A DNA stretch of 64,000 bases from a virus, in IMG/VR virus record IMGVR_UViG_3300045988_065440, positions 17,176-81,175 of that record; one strand, 5' to 3'. Made by a program: the position numbers and the translations under genes. The notes below the pieces were generated by a model. The model made no database searches. It was not told where the DNA came from and saw only the letters and a list, made by a program, of their open reading frames with translations. Numbering within the stretch: position 1 is the stretch's first letter; every line of letters starts with the position of its first letter. Of the stretch, positions 7,755-17,301 are shown piece after piece.

Positions 7755-9491
7755 ATGCAAAAATTCACAGAAGGTTCGATTGAATGGTATCGGGCAATTT
7801 TAAATCAAATCATTAATGATGATATGACGGTCTGTCAAAATCAGAAGGACTGCCTTGATTTACTTTTGAATATGAATATTGACCTTCCTTTCAAGGATAA
7901 TCCAGATGCACGGAATATGGCAATGAAAGTCAGTCGGTACGCTCATACAACTGCGGCAAGAAACGCGGCACTGACTGGAAGCGGTAATTTTGATGATATT
8001 TACTGGCAGTATTTATTGTTGGAAGCACAGAACTATCAGGTTGACAGCGGGCTTCTTTACCTTGAAAAGAACCGAATCCCGAAAGAACGATTCTACGAAC
8101 CACGAAGAAATGTGTTCTTGCAGCATAACATCATAGGTTCACTGCAAGACCTGATGGATGATAAATTAGATATATTTGCATTAAGCGTACCTCCGGGTTG
8201 TGGCAAGAGCACTCTGGAAGATTTCTTTTTATCATTGGTAGGTGGATGGTTCCCGAATGACTTTAACCTGTCTTCGGCACACAGTAGCATTTTGACACGT
8301 TCCCTTTATGATGGTGTTCTGGAAATTATCAATGATCCCGTGGAATACACGTGGCATGAGATATTCCCTAACGTAGAAATTCAAGGAACAAATGCAAAGG
8401 AAACTACAGTCAATCTCGAAAGAAACGGACGATTTAAGACATGGACATTTCGTTCTATTGATGGCTCTTTGACTGGTGCCACTAGATGCAATAGATTCCT
8501 TACTGCCGATGACCTTGTGTCTGGTATTGAAGAAGCTTTGAATAAGAACCGACTTGATACCTTATGGACAAAAGTGGTAAATGACTTGCGTTCCCGTAGA
8601 CTTGAGGGATGCAAAGAATTTTATATTGCCACCAGATGGTCAGTACATGACCCTATCGGAAAACTGCAACAACTATATGCCGGAAACCCACGGGCAAGGT
8701 TTATTGCAGTTCCAGCACTTGATGAAAACGGAAAGAGTAATTTTCTGTTTACGGTAAATGGATTCTCAGAGAAATATTTCAATGATGCTAAAGAATCCAT
8801 GGATGAAATTTCTTACAACTGTCTTTATCAGCAACAGCCGGTAGAACGTGAGGGATTATTATTACCGCCGGATAAATTAAAACGATTCTTTTTCAGTAAA
8901 GAAGACGTGCCGGATGGATGCGCGGATGAATACATCATCATTCCAGATAAAAATGCAGATGCAATATGGGCGATATGCGATACAAAAGATAAAGGAACCG
9001 ACTTCGAATCATTACCGATTGCATACCAATACGGAGATAAATTTTTCTTTCCTGATGTGGTGTTTGATGACACTACAGACTATGACATTTTGGATAGAAA
9101 GACAGCAGATATTTTGATAAGACATAACCCACATAAGATTCGTTTCGAATCAAATAATGTCGGAAACCGTGTGGCACACAATATCCAGAAAATGATTACC
9201 GGAAAGTGCCGAGCTGAAATTGAGACAAAACCAACGTCAGCAAATAAAGAAACAAAGATTCTTGTAAATTCGGACTATATAGCAAAACATTTTTATTTTC
9301 TGCATCCAAGTCAGTACAAAGTAAAGTCTGATTACGGATTATTTATGGCTAATGTAACTACGTACACTACTAGGGCAAAAGTACCACATGATGACGGAAT
9401 CGACTCTTTGGCTATGATGGTTGAGTACATACAAAATCCATTAGGTGGTAAAGCAACGGCAATGCAGAATCCATTTTGGGGAAGGAGATAG
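7755..9491 (+). CDS. terL: terminase large subunit
   Basis: 578 aa. Walker-A-like SVPPGCGKST. Lies upstream of portal, scaffold and capsid genes. Confidence 0.85.
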   Translation: MQKFTEGSIEWYRAILNQIINDDMTVCQNQKDCLDLLLNMNIDLPFKDNPDARNMAMKVSRYAHTTAARNAALTGSGNFDDIYWQYLLLEAQNYQVDSGLLYLEKNRIPKERFYEPRRNVFLQHNIIGSLQDLMDDKLDIFALSVPPGCGKSTLEDFFLSLVGGWFPNDFNLSSAHSSILTRSLYDGVLEIINDPVEYTWHEIFPNVEIQGTNAKETTVNLERNGRFKTWTFRSIDGSLTGATRCNRFLTADDLVSGIEEALNKNRLDTLWTKVVNDLRSRRLEGCKEFYIATRWSVHDPIGKLQQLYAGNPRARFIAVPALDENGKSNFLFTVNGFSEKYFNDAKESMDEISYNCLYQQQPVEREGLLLPPDKLKRFFFSKEDVPDGCADEYIIIPDKNADAIWAICDTKDKGTDFESLPIAYQYGDKFFFPDVVFDDTTDYDILDRKTADILIRHNPHKIRFESNNVGNRVAHNIQKMITGKCRAEIETKPTSANKETKILVNSDYIAKHFYFLHPSQYKVKSDYGLFMANVTTYTTRAKVPHDDGIDSLAMMVEYIQNPLGGKATAMQNPFWGRR

Positions 9492-9492
9492 T

Positions 9493-9915
9493 ATGGATAT
9501 AAAGGAGTATCTGAATCAAATTCAACGATATGAAAAAGTTATAAATAACAAACTGGAAGAAATTGAGCACTTAAAATCACTTGCCACCAGTATTAGTGCT
9601 TCGGCATATGGCATTGAACGCGTTCAGACTTCAGGAAGCCAAGATAAAATAGGCGATACCATAGCAAAACTGGTAGACGCACAGCGTGAACTGGCTGATA
9701 ATGTGGTAGAACTTATGGATAAAAAACAGAAACTCATAGATATTATAGAGTCTGTAAAAAATCCCCAGTATTATGATTTTTTGTATAAACGATACGTAGA
9801 GGGAAAAAAGCTAACTGTCATTGCAGATGAAATGGAATACAATGAAGAATATATTAAACAATTCCACGGGAAAGCAGTAAATTACGTAAAAGAAATGCTT
9901 AATTTCAAAAGTTAG
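9493..9915 (+). CDS. DUF1492-like / sigma-70 region-4-like HTH protein (possible late regulator)
   Basis: ATG 9493 with a GGAAGGAG SD. C-terminal YYDFLYKRYVEGKKLTVIADEMEYNEEYIKQFHGKAVNYV looks like a region-4 HTH. Confidence 0.5.
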   Translation: MDIKEYLNQIQRYEKVINNKLEEIEHLKSLATSISASAYGIERVQTSGSQDKIGDTIAKLVDAQRELADNVVELMDKKQKLIDIIESVKNPQYYDFLYKRYVEGKKLTVIADEMEYNEEYIKQFHGKAVNYVKEMLNFKS

Positions 9916-10005
9916 CACCTTTTCTTACTGAATATAACTTTCCAATTATGTATAATATATGATGAAAATGTATAAAGCATCGGGTGAAAACTCGGTGCTT
10001 TTTTC
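9916..10005 (+). promoter_or_regulatory. repeat element copy 1: promoter-like box, leader and terminator hairpin
   Basis: CTTACTGAAT (9924-9933), 17 nt, TATAAT (9951-9956). Then GCATCGGG/CTCGGTGC hairpin (9977-9998, 2 G:U) followed by TTTTTT. Confidence 0.55.
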
Positions 10006-10031
10006 ATGTCTAAAAATAGGAGGTATAGGCA

Positions 10032-11519
10032 GTGGGAAGAAACAAAAGTAATTTTGTTGACCTATGCCAAGGCGATTTTGGCAGAAAAACTGCCTACACT
10101 GGCGTAGCTCAAATTACTACCGAAAATGTTGTTCAAGTTCTATCTGATACGATTGGTACACATAATCGAAACAGAATGATGATTAATTATCTTTATCGGT
10201 ACTACAAAGGCGACCAACCAATCTTATATCGGGAAAAGCTTGTGAGACCGGAAGTAAATAACAGAGTTGTCGAAAATCACGCTCTGGAAGTTGTCAAGTT
10301 TAAGGCAGGGCAAATATATGGAGAACCTATTCAATATGTCTGCAAAAAGAAAAAAGCAGATAAAAAGATAAATGAACAGGTTGATCTGCTAAATGATTAT
10401 TTGGACGAAGCAAATGCAGATGCCCGAAATATCCAACTTGGAATATACCAGAGTGCCGTAGGAACTGCATACAAGACAATTTTACGAGAAGACGATTGGA
10501 CAAAAGACCGTGATTTACCACCATTTAGAATTTTTATTCCGTATCCGGGAGATGTTTATATTGTTTATTCCAGAAACACAGGAAAAGCAATGCTATCTGT
10601 TCAAATATTGAAAGATGAAGATAATCAGCAATATTATCTTTGTTATTCTTCAAATCAATATTTCAAGATAAAGAACGGACAAGTAACCGTCAGCGGCATT
10701 AATGGATTTGGCGGAATCCCAATTATCGAGTATCCAAACAACCATGACCGGCTATCTGATGTCGAAATTGCAATTACAGCATTTGATGCGATCAACAAGT
10801 ATCAGTCGGATAGATTAAACGGTGTTGAACAGTTTGTTCAAGCATTTATGAAATTCAAAAACTGTGAAGTTGACGAGAATGAATTTTTGAAAATGGTCAA
10901 GCTAGGAGCAATATCTGTAAAAGATGCTGGAAACGGCGTTCAGTCAGATGTTGACTTGATGACTGCGGAATTAAACCAATCGGAGAGCCAAGTTGCTAAA
11001 GATGATATTTACAACAATATGCTGATCGTGGAAGCAATGCCAAACCGCCAAAGCAACACCGGAGGTGATACTGGTAACGCAGTATATCTACGTAATGGAT
11101 GGGATTTCGCAGAACGAGATGCAAAACTTGTCGAAGCATTCACAAAAGAAGCGGAAAAAGCATCTGTCAGAATTATCCTCAGCATCATTCGCAAAACCTC
11201 CAATGATGTCAAGATTTCTACCAGAGATTTTGATGTCAAAATAACCAGAAACCCGACAGATAATATGCTTGTTAAAGCACAGGCACTTGATTATCTGTTC
11301 AAAAATAAAATTCACCCACTTATTGCATTGATCACTTGTGGATTATTCAGTGATCCGCAAAAGGTATATGAAATGAGCTTACCATATCTTGGAACTGTTT
11401 ATCCTGAACTGGCAAACCCAGACGAAGAATTGAAGAAAGCACAAGAATTGATTAAAGATTTTAGTCAGAAATCAATTCAAAATCAATCAGCAACAATTTC
11501 TTCCACTGATGAAGAATAA
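10032..11519 (+). CDS. portal protein (SPP1 gp6-like)
   Basis: 495 aa. GTG start with a TAGGAGG SD. Position after terL. YYKGDQPIL-type N-terminal region. Confidence 0.8.
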   Translation: MGRNKSNFVDLCQGDFGRKTAYTGVAQITTENVVQVLSDTIGTHNRNRMMINYLYRYYKGDQPILYREKLVRPEVNNRVVENHALEVVKFKAGQIYGEPIQYVCKKKKADKKINEQVDLLNDYLDEANADARNIQLGIYQSAVGTAYKTILREDDWTKDRDLPPFRIFIPYPGDVYIVYSRNTGKAMLSVQILKDEDNQQYYLCYSSNQYFKIKNGQVTVSGINGFGGIPIIEYPNNHDRLSDVEIAITAFDAINKYQSDRLNGVEQFVQAFMKFKNCEVDENEFLKMVKLGAISVKDAGNGVQSDVDLMTAELNQSESQVAKDDIYNNMLIVEAMPNRQSNTGGDTGNAVYLRNGWDFAERDAKLVEAFTKEAEKASVRIILSIIRKTSNDVKISTRDFDVKITRNPTDNMLVKAQALDYLFKNKIHPLIALITCGLFSDPQKVYEMSLPYLGTVYPELANPDEELKKAQELIKDFSQKSIQNQSATISSTDEE

Positions 11520-11540
11520 ACGTTTTTACATCAATTATTT

Positions 11541-11572
11541 AAGGAATCTTGGGAAACTGAGATTCCTTTTTT
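11541..11572 (+). terminator. rho-independent terminator after portal gene
   Basis: AAGGAATCT/AGATTCCTT 9-bp stem followed by TTTTTT. Confidence 0.6.
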
Positions 11573-11678
11573 AATACTCAAAAATATTGCAACAGCCCGT
11601 GAGCGCAAATCGGGTGCAGATCATGTGCGGAGCGAACCGTGTGAACAAAGCGTGTTGGTCTGGAAGAAAGGAGATTTC

Positions 11679-12320
11679 ATGACAAGAGAACAGGCAAAAC
11701 AGGTACTTATCGGTATGGGAATTGAGGAACCATCTGATGAACAGGTGTCTAAATACCTTGATTCCGTTACAGGAGAAGTAAAGAAAGAAAAAGACAAAAA
11801 TGCTTCATTACAAGAAAAAGCCAACAAGGCAGCAGACCTTGAAAAAGAATTGGAAGAGCTGAAACAGCAGAATATGACAGACGCTGAGAAAGCAGAACTG
11901 GAACGCCAGAAAGAAAAAGCTGCAAACGAGAAAAGAATTTCTGACCTTGAATCCGCACTTGCAACTTCCCAGAGAGAAGCACTGACAGGAAAAATCACTT
12001 CCATTTTTGCTAATGCAGGAATGCAAGGTGATGCCTACGCAGGAGCAATCAAAGCATTTTCCAATATGAATGAAGAAGATGCACTCAAAGAAGCACAGAC
12101 TTTTGTTGATGGAATTTCCGAAGTAAATAAAACAACTCTCGATACTGCAAAAGCTGCATGGGAAAAAGAAGCCCTTGAAAACACGCCTAATCCGGGTGGT
12201 GGAGCTGGCGACAGTAACGAGACAAAGAAAAGTGATGCATCTGAATATGCAAAAGCGTACTCAGCAAGAATGAACCCAGAAATCAAACCGGCGGACGATA
12301 ACGCACCGGTAAATATTTAA
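11679..12320 (+). CDS. capsid scaffolding protein
   Basis: ATG 11679 with an AAAGGAG SD. Charged coiled-coil sequence (EKELEELKQQ...). Lies between portal and capsid genes. Confidence 0.7.
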   Translation: MTREQAKQVLIGMGIEEPSDEQVSKYLDSVTGEVKKEKDKNASLQEKANKAADLEKELEELKQQNMTDAEKAELERQKEKAANEKRISDLESALATSQREALTGKITSIFANAGMQGDAYAGAIKAFSNMNEEDALKEAQTFVDGISEVNKTTLDTAKAAWEKEALENTPNPGGGAGDSNETKKSDASEYAKAYSARMNPEIKPADDNAPVNI

Positions 12321-12343
12321 TTCAAATAAAGGAGATTTAGATT

Positions 12344-12688
12344 ATGGCTTTTATGAAAACAGAGCAGTACGAATCCACACCTAATATCCTCGAATCCGAG
12401 GTAGGACTGGTACTTAAAACCTATACAGCAGAACAGACAAATGCTGAAACCGTTGGAACTAAGAAAATCATCAAAGCAGGTTCTGTATATCCGACAAATG
12501 CAACCGGTGCAAAAGGAATCGTATTTGAAGAGGTTGATATGACAGACGATGTAAAGAGACCAATTTCCGTAATTGTTGCAGGACGTGTTCTTGAAAAGAG
12601 ACTTCCGGCAGTAGTTGATACTACAGCAAAGACAGAACTCGAAAAAGCGGGAATTGTTTTCGTAACCACTACAGACCCAGAATTTTAA
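12344..12688 (+). CDS. head decoration-like protein
   Basis: 114 aa, immediately upstream of the major capsid gene (lambda D-E-like order). Confidence 0.4.
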   Translation: MAFMKTEQYESTPNILESEVGLVLKTYTAEQTNAETVGTKKIIKAGSVYPTNATGAKGIVFEEVDMTDDVKRPISVIVAGRVLEKRLPAVVDTTAKTELEKAGIVFVTTTDPEF

Positions 12689-12701
12689 GGAGGTATAACA
12701 G

Positions 12702-13736
12702 ATGCAATTTAATGTATTAGAATCAATCACACCGGAAGAAAGACTTAACTTTTCTCAGGATTTCAGTGTTAAAAGACCTGGTATCCTTGATACCATTTTT
12801 CCAGATGTTAAAACCCAGTACCTGAAAGCTGAATACTACAGACTTATGGCTGGACAGAGACTGCCAGAAGTGGCATTCGTTCATGCGCTTGATACTGAAG
12901 CAGAAATCGGAACAAGACCGGGATTCGAAAAAGTTCTGACTGAAAAACTCTTTATTAAGAGAAAAATCAATCAGTCTGAAAGATTACAGCAGGCAATTGA
13001 AAACGGTGTGCCGGATAATGAAGCACTGAAAAACTTTGTATTTGATGATGCAGCTAACCTTTTTGAAGGTGTTGTTGCCAGAGCGAATGTTATGAAAGGA
13101 CAGTTTCTTTCTACAGGTGCCGTAAAAGTTAAAGAAAACAATGTAGATCTGAATATTGATTACGGCGTACCAGCAACTGCAAAAGTAACACTTGCCAACT
13201 GGGCTACGCCAGAAGCAGATATCATGGGAGATATCCAGAAGATGGTGGCCGCAGCAGAAGACAATGGTTATGTAGTTAATAAAGCCCTTACATCCCTAAA
13301 GATGATTAACTACATGAGAAACAATACTGCTATGCAGACAGCGGTTCTGGGAGCAGCAAACAAACGTCTTCTGACAAAACAGGAACTTGCAAATCTGCTT
13401 ATGCAGGAATACGGAATCACAATTGATCGTTGCGATGAGAAATTCCGCTTCAGAAAAGCAGATGGTTCTCTTAAAACAGGCAGATACTTCAAAGAAGATG
13501 TATTTACTCTGTATGAAGCAGATGCAAACGGTTCTTTCGGTACAGGACTCTGGGGCGTGACACCTGAGGAACTTGAATACAGACAGTTCATTCAGGAAGA
13601 AAACCGTTCTTTCGTAACACTGTCCATGTGGGCTACACAGGATCCGGTTGCAGTATGGACAAAAGCGTCCGGTATGTTCGTTCCGGTTGCTCCGAAAGCT
13701 AATGGCGGTATCGTTATCGGTACAAAGGGGGAATAA
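12702..13736 (+). CDS. major capsid protein (protein E-like)
   Basis: 344 aa; AAGGAGG SD. Position after scaffold and decoration genes. Confidence 0.8.
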   Translation: MQFNVLESITPEERLNFSQDFSVKRPGILDTIFPDVKTQYLKAEYYRLMAGQRLPEVAFVHALDTEAEIGTRPGFEKVLTEKLFIKRKINQSERLQQAIENGVPDNEALKNFVFDDAANLFEGVVARANVMKGQFLSTGAVKVKENNVDLNIDYGVPATAKVTLANWATPEADIMGDIQKMVAAAEDNGYVVNKALTSLKMINYMRNNTAMQTAVLGAANKRLLTKQELANLLMQEYGITIDRCDEKFRFRKADGSLKTGRYFKEDVFTLYEADANGSFGTGLWGVTPEELEYRQFIQEENRSFVTLSMWATQDPVAVWTKASGMFVPVAPKANGGIVIGTKGE

Positions 13737-13939
13737 CCGGGCATAGTCTCAATGAGAACAGCCGATCACCGTCTGTAGCAAGTGTTAAATTCAAAGAACC
13801 AACACATAAATACACAGAAAGTGAGCTGTCTAATATGACTGTACCACAGTTAAGGCAGCTTGCAAGTGATAATGGCTATGCCCTGACCTCAACAAATAAG
13901 GCTGGTATCATTTCTGAAATATTAGTTCAGCAAGGGTAG
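13724..13939 (+). other. candidate -1 recoding signal and 72-codon extension of the capsid gene (alternatively a 34-aa ORF 13835..13939)
   Basis: A AAG GGG heptamer (13724-13730) sits two codons before the capsid stop. The -1 frame stays open to TAG 13937-13939 and ends in an HeH/Rho_N-like TVPQLRQLASDNGYALTSTNKAGIISEIL. Confidence 0.35.
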
Positions 13940-13949
13940 GTGATTTTGG

Positions 13950-14276
13950 ATGAACGAAGAGCTTATAAACGATTTGGTAAACTATCTGACCGATGATACA
14001 GAATCACCTGAAATGATTTCTCTTGCCGTAAAACGAGCAATTCGTTCGTTCAAGAATAAGAGAAACTATCCTTCAAGTTATACAGATAAAAAAATAGATA
14101 GTGACATGGAAAAATGCTATGATTGCATATTTGATTTAGCCCTCTATTTTCTTGTGAAGCAGGGGGCTGAGTTCCAAGGATCACATTCTGAATCTTCTGT
14201 AAATAGAAGTTGGGAATCTGAAACCGAAATTTATATTAATCATGGTGTTTTTCCTTTTGCTGGAAGTTTGAGTTAA
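13950..14276 (+). CDS. head-tail connector (gp6-like DNA packaging protein)
   Basis: 108 aa. Position after the capsid gene. Sequence style of Phage_connect_1 proteins. Confidence 0.5.
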   Translation: MNEELINDLVNYLTDDTESPEMISLAVKRAIRSFKNKRNYPSSYTDKKIDSDMEKCYDCIFDLALYFLVKQGAEFQGSHSESSVNRSWESETEIYINHGVFPFAGSLS

Positions 14277-14387
14277 AAAAGATGGGATGGAACGCAATGT
14301 GTTTTTCCTCCCGGTACATTGCAGGGTTGCTCATTAAAGTAGGGAAAGAGCAAAAAATCTTATAGGGAGTGAAAGAAAGGAAAAGCG

Positions 14388-14699
14388 ATGGGATGTGAAC
14401 ATGAGTGCTTTAACAATCACCGCTTCGAAGAAATCGAAAAAAATATTCATGATATGCAGGAAAAGCAGTCTGAAAGGCACAAAGAATTTTATTCAAGAAT
14501 TAATAAGCTCGAACAGAAGACCGCCCTGTATAGCAATGACTTAGATCATATCAAAGAAACAGTCGATGAAATGAACAACAATTTAAAAATCCTCATGGCA
14601 GTCCCTGGCAAACGTTATGACACTATTATTGTATGCATTATAACGGCAGTCGTGGGAGCAGTTGTAGGATTTATGTTGAGCGGTGTATTTCCTATGTAA
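14388..14699 (+). CDS. XhlA-like coiled-coil membrane protein
   Basis: Coiled coil plus a single C-terminal TM (IIVCIITAVVGAVVGFMLSGVF), as in XhlA hemolysin-like lysis accessory proteins. Confidence 0.45.
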   Translation: MGCEHECFNNHRFEEIEKNIHDMQEKQSERHKEFYSRINKLEQKTALYSNDLDHIKETVDEMNNNLKILMAVPGKRYDTIIVCIITAVVGAVVGFMLSGVFPM

Positions 14700-14738
14700 C
14701 AAATTGATTCCACTTGTAAGGGAGGACGGTGGAGTTAT

Positions 14739-14993
14739 ATGAATTATGCAGATTTTTCAGAAGATGAAAGAAAATTTTACTTGCAAGAAGCAGGTTTTAA
14801 TTCACGCGAAGAAAAATTATTTCGATTACGGGCTTATGGCGAAAAGACATTATGGGAAGCATCTGAATTAATGGAGTACAGCCCCAGAACCATAGACCGA
14901 ATCAATAAAAAAATAAAGCAGAAAATCACCAAAGTTGCCCCGATGTACATTCGGGGCTTTTCTTTGCATAATGGCGAAAATGTGGCGAAATAG
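14739..14993 (+). CDS. small sigma-70 region-4-like HTH protein
   Basis: EKLFRLRAYGEKTLWEASELMEYSPRTIDRINKKIKQKI; GGGAGG SD. Confidence 0.5.
   Translation: MNYADFSEDERKFYLQEAGFNSREEKLFRLRAYGEKTLWEASELMEYSPRTIDRINKKIKQKITKVAPMYIRGFSLHNGENVAK
14937..14965 (+). terminator. rho-independent terminator
   Basis: GCCCCGA/TCGGGGC 7-bp GC-rich stem followed by TTTTCTTT. Overlaps the 3' end of the upstream ORF. Confidence 0.6.
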
Positions 14994-14998
14994 TGACG

Positions 14999-15027
14999 TT
15001 CAAATACAGTGTTCCTTTCTATATAAT
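14999..15027 (+). promoter_or_regulatory. sigma-A-like promoter
   Basis: TTCAAA, 17 nt, TATAAT (15022-15027). Confidence 0.4.
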
Positions 15028-15148
15028 ATAATCATAGGAGAAAACGTAATGATTATATTAAGAAACCCTTACGAGGGTATATGGGAAAAGCATCGTTCTA
15101 TAGATGATATGGATATGATTCTTGAATCCCGGACAGGAGGAACAGATT

Positions 15149-15658
15149 ATGGCAGGTTATCCGTATTATCCGCAACAGCCAATAATGAGCAACCCTTACG
15201 GACAAATACAGCCATATCAAGACAGATTGGCACAGCTACAAAATAGTTATCAGCAAACAATGCCGTATGGACAGGCGCAGATGCAACAGCCTATGCAGCA
15301 GATTCCGCAGATTTCCATGTTGCAAGGGCAAATGGTGGATGGAATTGATACTGTAAAAGCAAAGGATGTTGATATGTCCGGCAATCCTGTTTACTATCCC
15401 AAAACAGACGGAACAGAAATATACAAAAAGCAATTACAGGCAGACGGAAGAAGCAGGATTTTTGTTTACCGACTCGCAAATCCAGACGAACAGCAGCAAC
15501 CGAAGCAGGAAGAAAAACAGATTGACATTGAGTCCATGTTTAACCAGCTTCGGAACGATGTTTGTTCTGAGATTTCCGGAATCAAAGATATGTTCCCGAC
15601 ATTTATGTCAGGAACATCGGAAGCTGCAAAACAGCAGAACGGAGGTAAGCAGAGATGA
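15149..15658 (+). CDS. Gln/Pro-rich low-complexity protein
   Basis: ATG 15149 with an AGGAGG SD. MAGYPYYPQQPIMSNPYGQIQPYQ... N-terminus. Confidence 0.6.
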   Translation: MAGYPYYPQQPIMSNPYGQIQPYQDRLAQLQNSYQQTMPYGQAQMQQPMQQIPQISMLQGQMVDGIDTVKAKDVDMSGNPVYYPKTDGTEIYKKQLQADGRSRIFVYRLANPDEQQQPKQEEKQIDIESMFNQLRNDVCSEISGIKDMFPTFMSGTSEAAKQQNGGKQR

Positions 15659-15900
15659 ATTTCAACCCAAACGCCATGATGAAAAAGCAACTTGAGAAAA
15701 TGATTTCTCAGAGGTTCGGAAGTGTGAATAACATGATGAACGATATGAGTAAATTTGCAGGAAATAATCCGACATTGAAAAATGCATTGGATTTATACAA
15801 AAAAGGTGATACAGATCAGTTACATCAAATACAGCAAAATGTATTTAATGAAAAACACTTATCACCAGACGGAATTATCCAGAAATTCCTTGGATTATAA
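15655..15900 (+). CDS. hypothetical protein
   Basis: ATGA overlap with the upstream stop; GGAGG SD. Confidence 0.6.
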   Translation: MNFNPNAMMKKQLEKMISQRFGSVNNMMNDMSKFAGNNPTLKNALDLYKKGDTDQLHQIQQNVFNEKHLSPDGIIQKFLGL

Positions 15901-15996
15901 CATTTCCCCATAATTGGGTGATTCAAAATCGCTACAATTTGGGATGACAGCCGCGGATGTCTCCTATTGTAAATAAAATTTAAGGAGACTAAAAAC

Positions 15997-16797
15997 ATGA
16001 TGAATGGTTCAAATTACAGTCTTAGTGACATTGCTGCCGCTACAGGCTCTAATAATCGCGCCAATGATATGTGGGGCGGTGATGGCTTTTCACTTATCTG
16101 GCTTGTCTTGATCTTTGCTATCTTTGGATGGGGAGGTTTTGGCGGCTGGGGCGGCGGCTTCGGTGGCAATGGTGCAAATGGTGCTGGATTCCAAGGATGG
16201 GCCACACGTGCAGATATCAATGAGAGTTTTGCTCTTAACGATATTCAGAATGGTATCAGAGGTATTCAGCAGGGCATCTGTGACAGCACATATGCTCTCA
16301 ACAATACCATGCAGAGTGGCTTCAACGGCGTGAACGTTGGAATGCTTCAGGGCTTCAATGGTGTTCAACAGGCAATTAACGCTGATACCGTAGCTGGTAT
16401 GCAGAATACCAATGCATTACAGTCTCAGTTAGCAAACTGTTGTTGTGAAACAAGAGAAGCTATACAGGGTATCAACTACAACCTTGCTACCAACACTTGT
16501 GCTCTCCAGAACACAATGAACAACAACACCAGAGATCTTCTGGAAAACCAGAACAGCAACACAAGAGCAATCCTTGACTTCCTGACTAACGATAAGATTG
16601 CAACATTACAGGCAGAGAACTCTGATCTGAAGCGTGCTGCATCTCAGGATCGCCAGTCCGCGCTGATTGTAACTGAAATGAATGCACAGACGCAGCGATT
16701 AATCAATTCAATCAATCCATCCCCGATTCCTGCATTTCAGGTACCGGCTCCGTATGCATACGCAGGATGCAACGGATATGGAAACGGTTGCTGCTAA
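15997..16797 (+). CDS. Gly/Trp-rich membrane-anchored protein with CCC motif and Cys-rich C-terminus
   Basis: TM region followed by GWGGFGGWGGGFGGNGANG; internal ANCCCETRE; C-terminal GCNGYGNGCC. AAGGAG SD. Confidence 0.6.
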   Translation: MMNGSNYSLSDIAAATGSNNRANDMWGGDGFSLIWLVLIFAIFGWGGFGGWGGGFGGNGANGAGFQGWATRADINESFALNDIQNGIRGIQQGICDSTYALNNTMQSGFNGVNVGMLQGFNGVQQAINADTVAGMQNTNALQSQLANCCCETREAIQGINYNLATNTCALQNTMNNNTRDLLENQNSNTRAILDFLTNDKIATLQAENSDLKRAASQDRQSALIVTEMNAQTQRLINSINPSPIPAFQVPAPYAYAGCNGYGNGCC

Positions 16798-16875
16798 GTA
16801 ACTCACCCTTAGAGGTTGACTAAATTCTAAGAGGTGGGTTCCGGCTCACCTCTTATTTGATTGAGAGGTAGAAAT

Positions 16876-17301
16876 ATGAGTTGTAAAAATGTTTGTAAGC
16901 TCTGTAGTCATCTTGTGATAAGCCAATCTGTTGCGTTTACTGGCGGGAATCTCGTAATCACACTTCCGGCAGGCAGTTATTCAAATGGCGAAAAGTATTG
17001 CATTGTGATCGCACAAAGTATACCAGAAGCCACTACAATTACCGCCCCGGTAATGATTCAGATAGGAGCAGGAACAACTTTGTATCCGCTAGAGAATCGT
17101 TGCTGCGCACAGGTTACAGCGTGTGGAGTAAGAACCAGAACGAAGTACGCAACCAGAGTAGCTACAAGTGCAACTGGTGGAGTATTCAAGATGTTAGGAA
17201 ATCCAGCTTGTAGTCCGAGCAACAATTTAACGGCAATTAATGGTACAGCCCCAACGACAGACACACCTGTTACACAGGCTGTTAGAAAGGGGGAACTGTA
17301 A
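16876..17301 (+). CDS. Cys-rich hypothetical protein
   Basis: ATG 16876 with a GAGAGG SD. N-terminal CKNVCKLC and internal CC. Confidence 0.55.
   Translation: MSCKNVCKLCSHLVISQSVAFTGGNLVITLPAGSYSNGEKYCIVIAQSIPEATTITAPVMIQIGAGTTLYPLENRCCAQVTACGVRTRTKYATRVATSATGGVFKMLGNPACSPSNNLTAINGTAPTTDTPVTQAVRKGEL

Noticed and set aside
15049-15246. 65-aa ORF with a good SD (AGGAG) downstream of the promoter at 14999-15027
   Set aside because: It overlaps the AGGAGG-led gene at 15149 by about 98 nt in another frame, and its C-terminal half looks non-protein-like. It may be a short leader ORF, but I cannot define it.
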